Assembly (NCBI GenBank): GCA_965649825.1
Contig: OZ287716.1
Coordinates: 143,778-207,777, forward strand
From: Penicillus capitatus
Lineage: Eukaryota; Plantae; Chlorophyta
DNA: 64,000 nucleotides
Reading direction: 5' to 3'
The notes beneath the pieces are model-generated. The model was not told where the DNA came from. It saw only the letters and a program-made list of their open reading frames with translations, and did no database searches. A program made the position numbers and the translations under genes. The first letter of the stretch is position 1. The number at the start of each line of letters is the position of its first letter. Positions 50,662 to 60,629 of the stretch are shown here, piece by piece.

Positions 50662-50920
50662 AACAGGTCGTCCTCGGCATCCAAGAGCAGCAGGCCAGAC
50701 TCAGTCCATCCTTGACATCCAAGAGCAGCAGGCCAGCAACAGGTCGTCCTCGGCATCCAAGAGCAGCAGGCCAGACTCAGTCCATCCTTGACATCCAAGA
50801 GCAGCAGGCCAGCAACAGGTCGTCCTCGGCATCCAAGAGCAGCAGGCCAGACTCAGTCCATCCTTGACATCCAAGAGCAGCAGGCCAGCAACAGGTCGTC
50901 CTCGGCATCCAAGAGCAGCA
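50662..50920. repeat. 76-bp (38+38) minisatellite, about 3.4 copies
   Basis: AACAGGTCGTCCTCGGCATCC at 50662, 50738, 50814 and 50890. Confidence 0.95.
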
Positions 50921-51110
50921 GCAATCACAGCAAGACGTAGGGATAGGACATCCAGGACGGCCAACAACCAACAGCCACCAATCTCAATCGCCAATCTCCA
51001 GCCTCAATCACCAGTCAGTCAGTCATTCATCTCTAGCCACCAGCCACCAGTTTCAGTCATTCATCTCTAGCCACCAGTTTCAGTCTCAAGTCTCGTCTCA
51101 TCTTCTGCCA

Positions 51111-51367
51111 CCAGCCGCCAGTCTCAAGTCTCATCGATCTCCAGCCGCCAGCCTCAAGTCTCATCGATCTCCAGCCGCCAGCCTCAAGTCTCATCGATCT
51201 CTAGCCGCCAGCCTCAAGTCTCATCGATCTCCAGCCGCCAGCCTCAAGTCTCATCGATCTCCAGCCGCCAGCCTCAAGTCTCATCGATCTCCAGCCGCCA
51301 GCCTCAAGTCTCATCGATCTCCAGCCGCCAGCCTCAAGTCTCATCGATCTCCAGCCGCCAGTCTCAA
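51111..51367. repeat. 30-bp minisatellite, about 8.5 copies
   Basis: CCAGCCGCCAGCCTCAAGTCTCATCGATCT every 30 bp. Confidence 0.97.
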
Positions 51368-51595
51368 TCACAGCGAGACATAAGGTAAGACAACACGCCA
51401 GCCCCCGTGCAGCAAAGCAGCAAATATTGAGCAGCAGCCTCATGTAAAACACAGCAGATGAGTTTCTACAGCCTCCAGGCGAAAAAACACACAGAGCCAA
51501 CCACAACAAAGCGGAGGTGGAATGGCAGAGAAACACGGCACAGAAAAACAGCCCCCTTGCATCTTTCTATTTCTTTTATTTTTTTTTCATTTTTT

Positions 51596-51676
51596 AGTCA
51601 CACTTTTCAGAGTGTGACTTTTCTTTATTCTTTATTCATTATTCTTTATTTTTTCTCACACAAAAAAAGTGTGAGA
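51596..51676. other. Two palindromes: AGTCACACT-N6-AGTGTGACT (51596-51619) and TCTCACAC-A7-GTGTGAGA (51654-51676)
   Basis: Read directly from sequence. The second lies 96 nt downstream of the proline-rich gene stop. Confidence 0.85.
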
Positions 51677-51771
51677 TGTGATATTGGAAAAGAAAACTTT
51701 TTGTTTTGTTTTATTTTTTTGCAGCCAATAGAAAACAGCTTAAAAAGCGGAGATCTGTCGCCCTATCTGTC

Positions 51772-53006
51772 CTAAAATTGGACAGAAACCTACACAAAAG
51801 ACAAAGCATAAGAGAGATAAGGGAAAAGAATTCACTTACGCAGTGCCCAGACATAAAGAACAGACGTTCTGGGATCGCCGTCGAACCGATCCGGACACAT
51901 TCTCCGGACATAAAATACGGACGGCGGTGGAATCCAGGCGGCGCGACTGGGAAAATGAAGGGTCGGGGAGGGATGGGAGGAGGGGCATTCAGACAAAAGA
52001 CAGAGGTCCGTTGGGGGAAGGGAGGTGGGTGCGCAGGGAGGGAGAAAAAGAGGGGACGAGAAGGGATAACGGGGGAAGGAGTTGCAGGTATACAAAATAC
52101 CTGTGGCCGCGCAGGAAACAGAGGAGATTGGCTCTGCGGCCCGGACGGCGGGAAGGGGATGGGCTGTGGAGTCGGAGACCACTCCATGTTGGGCGGCTGG
52201 GCCGGTTGGGCGGCGGCAGGCTGCGCTCCAGGCTGCGAGGGCGGCGGCGGCGCAGGGAAAGGCGACCACTCCATGTGTTGCGCCTGAGAAGCTGGCGCCT
52301 GTGGCGGCTCTCCATGTTGCGATGACGTCGGCGGCGCAGCAAACTGTGAGGCGGCTGTCGGTGGCGGCGGCGCTCCATGATGGGCGGCGGCAAACTGGGG
52401 CGCTCCATGCTGCGAGGCTGTCGGTGGCGGCGCTCCTTGCCGGGCTTCGGCTGGCGGCGGTGGAGCAGCAGGCTGGACACGTTGGGGCGGCGGTGGAGCA
52501 GCAGGCTGGCCCTCTTGGGCCAGCCGCGCTCTCCTCTCCTCCGCGGAGAGGATCCTCGTCCGCCGTGCCGGCCGAGGCTGCGGGGTTTGGACCCTATTGG
52601 GTCCAAACCTCACAGGAGGGGTCTGAGCTGCCACGTGCTCGTGACCCCTCAGAGCGGTTGACCGGGATTTCAAATCCCAGTACAACCGCTCCCTCTCGGC
52701 CTCATCCATGCCCTCGAAGGCCCTGGGCGGTCGGCGGCCCAGGACCTCCCCTAGTGTTACTTGGGCGAACCTAGACACACACCAAGGTAAGAGACCTGCT
52801 GATGAGCAGGGCGGCCGCGCGTTTTCGGATGCGCGTAACCGCAGGTGTTTGGTCGGCGGCTGGACACATGCATGTGCATGGAATCGTCCAGGGCGCCGTC
52901 GGAGTGCTGCGTTGCGCGCGGCGCGTCGATGCATGGCGAGAGAGAGGACTTACGGCTTTCCCGGATAGCCGTAATCATCCTCCGTCCACATCTGTTGGTC
53001 GGCCAT
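51772..53006 (-). CDS. Proline-rich orphan protein, copy 2, spliced
   Basis: Exon 1 MADQQMWTEDDYGYPGKP followed by a GTAAGT donor. Terminal intron 51790-51839, last exon VSVQF*. Confidence 0.75.
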
Positions 53007-53081
53007 CTTCGTCGCTGCTTGAGCTCTCTGAAAACGGAAAACAGGAAGGCGCCAAGGAAAGTCGACAGTGCGGAAGGGTCT

Positions 53082-53176
53082 GCGACAGGACCTTTATAGG
53101 CCGCCTCGGTTGCCGAGCGCGACCTGCGGTTGGCGGCTGTGAACCGTGACCGTTTGGCGGCGCTGCATGCGCCGCC
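53082..53176 (-). promoter_or_regulatory. Conserved promoter block, copy 2: TATAAA (53098-53093) plus palindromes
   Basis: Identical 58-nt core shared with 43239-43296. GGCGGCGC-tgcat-GCGCCGCC at 53156-53176. Confidence 0.7.
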
Positions 53177-53276
53177 GGACAAACGATCGGCCGCCAGACG
53201 TCCAGAAACGCTGAGCACTGTCATCGGGATGCGCGACGCGAACGGCAGAACTCTTCTGGACAGTTTACAAAGCGCT

Positions 53277-54450
53277 TCACAAGGGAAATTCTCTACAGTT
53301 TGTCGACATGTTCCGCTCTGAGTGTAACGCGCATGCGTTCTCTGCGGCTGTTCCGACGCGGATCTCCGAACGGCCAACCGCTCTAGCCAGCTCCGTGTTG
53401 CCTCGGCAAAGAAATGAGGCGGTCTCTCTCGTTCGCAGGATCGGCACGGACTCTGCGTCGAGAGGGCCTTCTGTTTCAGGCGTCTCCGTCGCAAACGCCA
53501 TCGAGAGAGCGTTCTGCGCGGTGTAACGCGAGTCGGTTTGAGGAGCTGTCGTTGGTCCTAACTCCCTCGAACATGGAAGGCGGAACCGACGACGCCTTCT
53601 GCGAGAACCGGACGGCCACGGAGTCGTCGTTTTTGTTCGTGCTCGCGCACAGCCTCGAGGGAGTGCCTTAGAGGACACCGTTCGCTCCGATCAGCGAAGT
53701 CGGTCGCGTTTTGCGGCTGCTGTGCAAGATTGCTGTTCTGTCTGCGAAGCCATCGATCAGGCAGTTTCGCAGACAACCTGTCTGATGGCGCTGTCGATCG
53801 CGGTCGAGGCCAGTCGCGATCCGATGCCATCGCCTTCTTTCTTTCCGGCGCATTCCACCGTGCAGAGCGCACCAAAGTGGTGGATTGCCACTGGAAATGG
53901 ATGGTATGCTGCTGCATCTTCGTTGGAATCGTTTATAGCGTTCCGTTTTAGTGACCGGTAAGTTCTGAGGCTATGGTGACTGTGACGGAGAACGTCCGTC
54001 TTCTGTTCGGAGACCACTTGTCGAAGATCTCTGTAATGAAAGACGAATAACTGCCGTCGAGTGTTCTGCGCGCGCGGGGCGTTCCTGGACGATGTCGTCA
54101 GTGCTGTCCGCGTGCTCTTGGACAGTAAGTGCACTGTGGAATGCATGAACGGCAGAGACTGTAGTCACGCCTGCTCTCGGCTCTGCCGTTTGGACTTGTG
54201 ACTCGGCACACCTCGCAGAACACCGAGATGCCTGTCGACGTCGGCGCGTTGGATCGATACCGAGGAATGCATTCTCATAACAAAGCGTCCTCAACACAAC
54301 GGTTCGAGAGAACGTATATCAAGTGATGCGGCTCTGTAGAAGGTAAAACGATTTCAGATGCGAGAGAGTTTGTTCGGGTGCTAAAAGAATGCGACTGTCC
54401 ACTCCTCGATGTTTCGGCTGGCAAATCGAGACGAGACAGAAGGGGATGAA
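53277..54450 (-). CDS. Second orphan spliced gene of the unit, copy 2; last exon 53277-53513
   Basis: 49-nt intron at 53514-53562. Last exon NALSMAFATETPETEG...NCREFPL* is colinear with copy 1. Confidence 0.45.
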
Positions 54451-54648
54451 TCCAATCGTGGATTCAGTTCCTACCTTTCACTGCATGTACGCGAGCATCC
54501 TGCACAGAGAACCGATGGATCTCGATATCTTTACGAGGCCAACACCTCCTGCGCTGAGAGCACGACGATTGACCGGTGAGTAGGTAGAGGAGCGAGAGAT
54601 GCAAGGACATCTGGAGAGAGCTAACGCCGACCTCGCTGAACGCAGGCC

Positions 54649-54990
54649 TCACTTCAACGAAAGAACAGCGAAAACGAGCGCGTGGCGAGAGAGCATGCTT
54701 CGATCGTTCGAGAACTGAAAAACAATGTGCATTCCTGTGTTTCTCCTGTCGACGAATCACGAATGATGTGGCGTGATTGCCTGCTTTCGTGATCAGATCC
54801 TGCAAGAGAAACTCAGGACGCGAGAAATGGAGATACGATTCGTCGCTGTCGCGCAAGAGAGTCTCGCCATGGTTCGTGATTTACTCGACCGAGCGACGCA
54901 AGAGATCGACGTCATTGGCAACGTGGTGCGACAGACTGTCATCAATACGAGCGAGCACCTGTCCCATCACGCGATACCTGAGGGAGAGGG
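54649..54990 (+). CDS. Possible coiled-coil gene fragment between the unit and COG4
   Basis: Intron-separated helical segments ASLQRKNSENERVAREHASIVRELKNN and ILQEKLRTREMEIRFVAVAQESLAMVRDLLDRATQEID. No clean start or stop found. Confidence 0.25.
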
Positions 54991-55011
54991 CTCTGTGAAT
55001 CTGTTGTGTAA

Positions 55012-57723
55012 ATGTCTTCGCTTACCGCCGACAGGACGACTTCGTCTGTTTCTTTGGACGTTTCGTCGATCGCCTCCATCACCAATCCCGCCGAAGTGGC
55101 CAAACTGCTCAATGATGTCATCCACGAAGAAAGGACAGTCGGCGGACAGCTGGAGGAGATGCTGCAAAGGCACAACGCTTTTGAGGACATGCTTCGAAGC
55201 GTTGTCCACGAGACTGAAGAAGTATTCGATGTGCCATCCGCTTCGGTAGACCAGTGAGAATGCACAGGTCTTGGAGGTCGTCCATGCAGATGCTGAGCAG
55301 CTGCTGAATTACGTGGAGGATGCATCGCATGTGGCGGAAGGTATCAGTCACACCGTCAAAGCACTCGACACGACACAGTCGAATGTCAAAGCTGCCCTGG
55401 ATCATATCAAACTGCTGACGGATCGGTCGAGATTCTGCCACGCGGCATCTCACACTGATTACTGGTTGGTTGGTGTGCAGGAGTTCCTGTGTTCTGCGTC
55501 TGCGCGAGAGCATGGACAAAAGGGAATACGAATCTGCTGCCGAGTGCATTGCCCAATTTCACTCGTTGGAGAACGAACTCGCTCAACCGCCTGAGACACA
55601 TCAGCGACAGGTGGCGACTCCTGCATGTTCTCTCTGGGTTTTGGATCATGGGTCCCGAAGATGGTGGAGGAATCTAAGACGATCTTGCTGGATCTCGTAC
55701 GCAATCACTTGAATAAGGCTATTCAGAAGGATGATACCGATGCTGTCCTGCGATTCACGATGCTCTTTCTACCTTTGGAAAGACGAGAAGAGGGATGTCA
55801 GCTCTTCTCTGGATATCTCAGAACGCGAGTGGCACGAACGGGTCATGAAGCTTACCAAAAGCTCTCGGCGGCGTTAGAGTCGCGCTCGGCAGCTTCGCCC
55901 TTTGTCGGCCATCTTTCAGATCTCTTTCGTTTCGTGGCTGTCGCCGCTGACAGTCATCAACAAGTTTGGACGCCGTCATGCGTGCCATCCATACAAAAGT
56001 TTCAGACGGCAGGTTTTCGTGGATGCATTTGGCAAAGATGCTGCTTTGGACACGATGCTGCACCTGCACAATGAGTGCGACGCGTACGGATGCCGCATCT
56101 TGAAGAGATTCCTGGAAGAGCGAAATCTGAAGAGGATCGTCCAAGACATCGGTCTACACAGAAAGAAAGAACTCAGTAAGTGCTTGACAAAGCATCCATG
56201 CTTCTCATTCAAAGCGCTGACAACCAACAGGCGCCGTCAGTGGAGCCGCCTCCAGCCTGGATCCAAGAAACGCGGAAACCACTTTGCTTGAGATTCTGGG
56301 TCTGGTGCGGCGATGTGAGGAGTACAACGATCTCATGACGAACAAAGTGCATGACGTTTCGCATCCACATCCTCCAACACCATCCAAGTCAGATCCAATG
56401 TCCGTGGTTCTCTCTGAATCCGACTGTCAGGCTATCCGAACTGCGTGAGAGTCAGATCGGTTCGCTCAGTCGCGAACTGTCTGGCTATTATGTCACTCTT
56501 GAGGAGTTCTACATGGAGGAGACCGTCAGGAAGGCCATCAGCATCAACAAGCAGGTCTGTCTCGGTATCCATGCACTTGGCCGGGGCTCAGGGGTGGGTG
56601 GTGGATGGCTGCTAGATTTCTGGCAGCTTGGTGACTTCTATGGTGGACGACGTTTTCTTCATCGCCCGCAAGAGCGCCATGCGTGCCATCTCTTCGCACA
56701 ATGTCCCTTGCGTCTGTGCCGTGATGTCTTTGATGCACAGCCTCTTGACGAAGGATTACTTCGCCGCGCTGCAGAAATCGAACAACAACGGACCGACCTC
56801 CTTCCTCCACGCCATCCTTTCCGACCAAGAGGTCTTCCGCACAACGCACACCATACGCAGGATGGAATCAGGGATCGCAGGCAGGAGAGGAAGTGCAGTC
56901 GTTCAGTCTGTTTCTGAACAATTTGCGCGTTTCGTTAACATACGTGACAAAGCTGAAGTCCGAACTGGAGGCGCATATCGCAGATGCGTTCCAGATCTCG
57001 AACGAAAGGGAAATCGCATCTTCGCTCTTGGGTGCGCTTCCAGAACCACAGCATCAACGTTCAGAATGAGACGAGTGTGAATCGGCAGATGATCTGGAGA
57101 CGATGGTCAGTGGCCTTGAGCGTCTGCTCTCTGCCAAGAGTGGCCATCTTAGCGACGCTACGGTGGCAAAGCTCATGCCAGTGTTTCAAGAGATCGCAAG
57201 CATGGACTATCAACTCAATGAGACGACGTTCGAGCAGCTCGCCGACAGCGAGACCTGGGCCCATCGCATTGTCGCCGCTGTTCGCAGCTTCTCGGCAGCT
57301 CTCGAGGCGGTGTTCGTCCCCGACAACCACTCAGAGGTCACGCGCTCGCTTCTCCGGAAAGAGAAGAGACTCTATCGCGTTGTGCAGATCCTGAATCGCG
57401 TGCTGCAGTCCTTTGTCTCCAGATGTGAAGCTTACTTCATGCAGAAGACGTTTAACCAGTTAGGAGGCCTGCAGTTCGACAAAGACATTCGACTGCTACT
57501 TTCGCACTTCTCCGAGATCTACCAGAGCTCAGTCCGAGAGAGATTCGCACGTCTGACGCAGATGGCTACCATTCTGTGCTTCGAGAGCGTGGAGGAGATG
57601 TTGGATTACTGGGGAGATGAAGGAGAGAGCATCAATTGGCGATTGAGTCCAGCCGAAATCAAAACCATTCTGAAACTGCGCAACGATTTTAGCGAGGCCA
57701 ACATCTCAGCCCTGTTGTTGTAA
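55012..57723 (+). CDS. COG4: Conserved oligomeric Golgi complex subunit 4, spliced
   Basis: YYVTLEEFYMEETVRKAI, TSMVDDVFFI, FNQLGGLQFDKDIR, VRERFARLTQMATIL, WRLSPAEIKTILKLRNDF. Confidence 0.93.
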
Positions 57724-57725
57724 GA

Positions 57726-58714
57726 ATGCTTTCTGCTCCATCCCTAGTGCCTGGCGACGACGCGAGTCGACGTCAAGAAATCGACCGAACCTTACAGCGC
57801 CTGGCGGAACTGCGCGCACAACCTGAACAGAATATCAAAGCCTGTCACGATAGGTGGGTGCACGCACGACAGCTGTCTCGTCCATCTAGGTCCCTGTGAA
57901 TGCGGTCGGATTCTTTGAAGGTCGGGTGCTGCAAGCAGAACGTGTTTTTGTCGATCTTGGCTGTCAATACGTGGTCGAGTGCTCGGCAGATCAAGCTGAG
58001 GCCATTCTCACACGCAGGCGACATTCCCTGGGTTTCCCTCTCTGTCAGACTTGACGGAGATGACTTGCTCCTTGCAGAGCCATCGGAGGAAACCTGCATG
58101 TCTGAAGAAGCCGATGCGTGCCAAGAGAGTGGAGCAGCCATGCAAGCCATGTCGACTGAACGAGGTTACCGATTGCAGGCGGAGATCTCTTCTGTGCGAT
58201 TGCTTTTTGCCTTCAGAGATGAAGAGTGACATGACAGATGATGAAATCGAATCGATGCTGGAATCGCTGGAGAGACTCGAGAAAGAGGCCGAAGCCGAAT
58301 CTCGGCAAGGTACTTCCACAAAGACAGTCAGATGCTTTGACAGTGGAGTTCGTGTCCTCGATAGCTAAAGCTGAAAACAAGAAGGGACTGAAGAAAGGAT
58401 TCCTGCTGCCGAGACACCAACCAAACGCTCGGCCATCTGCAAAACCGAAGGCTGTTCACTGCTCTCTCCCCGTTTCTCTCGAATCAGGGACAGCGTCGCC
58501 GATGACCACTGAGCAAAAGGATGAACAACCCGTCTGCGTCTCGGATACGGTGCGAGAGAGGGACACGCGAACGGATGAGATCATAGAGGACACTGGCACC
58601 GAGAAGGTAGGCATCTCCGCATCGGCCAATGTGTAACGGCTCGAAGTTCTTTAGACAGACAAGAGGATGTCACTCTTTAAGAAAAGACTGCTCGAAGGAC
58701 GTCGTAATATATAG
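57726..58714 (+). CDS. URI1: URI1/Bud27 unconventional prefoldin RPB5 interactor, spliced; first intron uncertain
   Basis: Alpha-prefoldin segment VPVNAVGFFEGRVLQAERVFVDLGCQYVVECSADQAEAILTRR, acidic middle, LKKGFL, C-terminal KRMSLFKKRL. Confidence 0.7.
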
Positions 58715-59148
58715 TTCCTCATCTGTCATGGCTTCTCACGGACAAGAGTAAAATGCTCACGGGGAAAGGCGCACTCCGCTGCTTGGGTCTTGATAAATAA
58801 GGTTGACGACTAAAATATCGTCGGACACAAGTTGACTGGCAGAGAGCACGAAGCACAACGCTGCACAAACCTGTTCTGAAAGTACATGTTTCGATTCGGT
58901 GATATCCAACGGTCGACCAGTCAGACGTTTCGCGTTTGGCGTCTATCTGTCTGTGGCATCTTGCGCGTCTGCATACGCAATCCAGGGAAGCATACCAGTA
59001 AGCTTCTCGCGGCATCCTTGCTCGGTATCCATTCCAACACTCAAAGATGCGTATTGGCGACAAAAAATGATTAGCTTCTGAAGTGCGAAACTGCAAGGTA
59101 ACAGCATGCAATGCTTTATAAAAGAACGGGTGCTCTTCGTTGTAACAG

Positions 59149-59870
59149 TGTCTGCGGCTGCTGCTTTGTGTCCTCCACCAGAAATCTCGTGACTATTACT
59201 GTGACGCTTGTCTGTGCAATTACCAACATCCTATGCCCTTTCACCGACACCTGGCCACGCGCCGCCACCTGTCTCCGCGTTCAGAGATGTCTCTTGCGCA
59301 AGGTCTGAGCAAAAGTGGCGTGCTCTTGCCTGAGACTGCGTTATGTCGCTGCACAGCGATTCTACTGCTGTGCGCTGTCCTTCTCGCGTCGGTTGCCGCC
59401 GAAGATCCGGCTGCACCTTTCTTTTGTCTCGCGCCGCCGGAGGGCGACTGGTTCGTCGAGCACCACTTCCGCCCGGACCTGGCAATGATACCATCGTGCT
59501 GCAGGCACACAGCATTCTGAAGCTCCGAAAGGAAGCCACTCCATACGTGTACACAGGTGAGGGGAGCATCTCTCATGGACGTGGAAACCACCGAATCGGT
59601 TTTTGCATTCTAGGCAACGGTGCGGGTATCTGGACTAATCCCCAGAGTCCCCTGTTCCCAGCAGACACCCCTTTGACATGCAAACTGATAGGACTCTTCA
59701 ATACGGATAAATGCGTCCTGTCCGGAGCGATGTTCAATCTTGAAACGACGGCTGTGGATGCAGCTCTCTGGATATACGACGGCGAGAAACTGAGCGGTTC
59801 ATTCACCGCGATGCATAACGGATCTGTGATGCTCACCGCACTGAGTCATCATGTTATCAATCCCCTTTGA
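59149..59870 (+). CDS. Matrin/U1-type C2H2 zinc-finger protein, copy B, spliced
   Basis: YYCDACLCNYQHPMPFHRHLATRRH at 59194-59268. Same introns as copy A. Ends ...SHHVINPL*. Confidence 0.7.
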
Positions 59871-60629
59871 ATCGATTGCTGAGATGTGTGCCGAATTCGC
59901 TCATCAGTTTTCATCTTGCTTCTCTATGCAGCAGCCATTACTGCCCCATTGTTATGCTTTGTTGCTGTTAATCAGATTGCCGAAAGTTGCTGACGCCGAG
60001 ATTCATGTCCAGACTGAAACTAAGAACTGCATTCGGTTGTCGCGTGCAATGAGTTCCTATTGATCGATGTCTGGATGTGCGAGCGTTCTTTCAGCTAGCA
60101 CAGTCTATGACAGCCATCTCCTGCATTTTCTAAGAGTGCAAAGTTGCTCCTGATGTTGCGAACTGTTCTTCATCAGGTCGATATACCTTGTCCATTCTGA
60201 CGCTGTGTTTCTGATTGTTTGCGTACGGAAGCCGGCACACATATATTGAACGTCGGAATCGCACACATTACACCATACAAATATTGTAAAAGTCAAAATT
60301 CTCTCCAATTTTCTTTGTTGTATTACGACGCGAGTCAGCACACACGGACTCTTCACATGTGCAGCATCTTCGAAGCTGACCAGATGTAGAACGACGGAAA
60401 GTTAGGGATTCAAACAGCGAACATAGAAGATCTCACTCTCTTCATGTCACTGAACAATTCAACAGCATCTCCTTGGTATAGACAGCCTTCAAGGCGACAT
60501 TACACTGGCCTTGCCTCAGAATAGGTGACCAGTGAAACAGATCTTTCGGCAAAGAAAAAAGACTTTCTTGCAACGACACAAGCAAAATGACATACATCCT
60601 CCGGGACAGACAGACATCGACAAGGATAT

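Larger units (their letters stand above)
45281..54525. mobile_element. Unclassified repeated multi-gene unit, copy 2 (most complete)
   Basis: Left arm 45281-47050 matches 58909-60650. Right arm 51400-54525 matches 41650-44690 and 63050-64000. Confidence 0.65.

Noticed and set aside
47206-50994. Many 60-140 aa repetitive ORFs on both strands (WRPVEAV, SGGQWRPS and MRLEAGGWRS types)
   Set aside because: They are translations of tandem repeats, broken by stops and frame changes. Minus-strand frames take the monomer variation as non-synonymous or stop changes.
57720-57797. COG4-URI1 fusion via the GTAAG donor overlapping the COG4 stop
   Set aside because: The available acceptors (57747, 57797) do not lead into the URI1 frame, and COG4 already ends at its conserved C-terminus.
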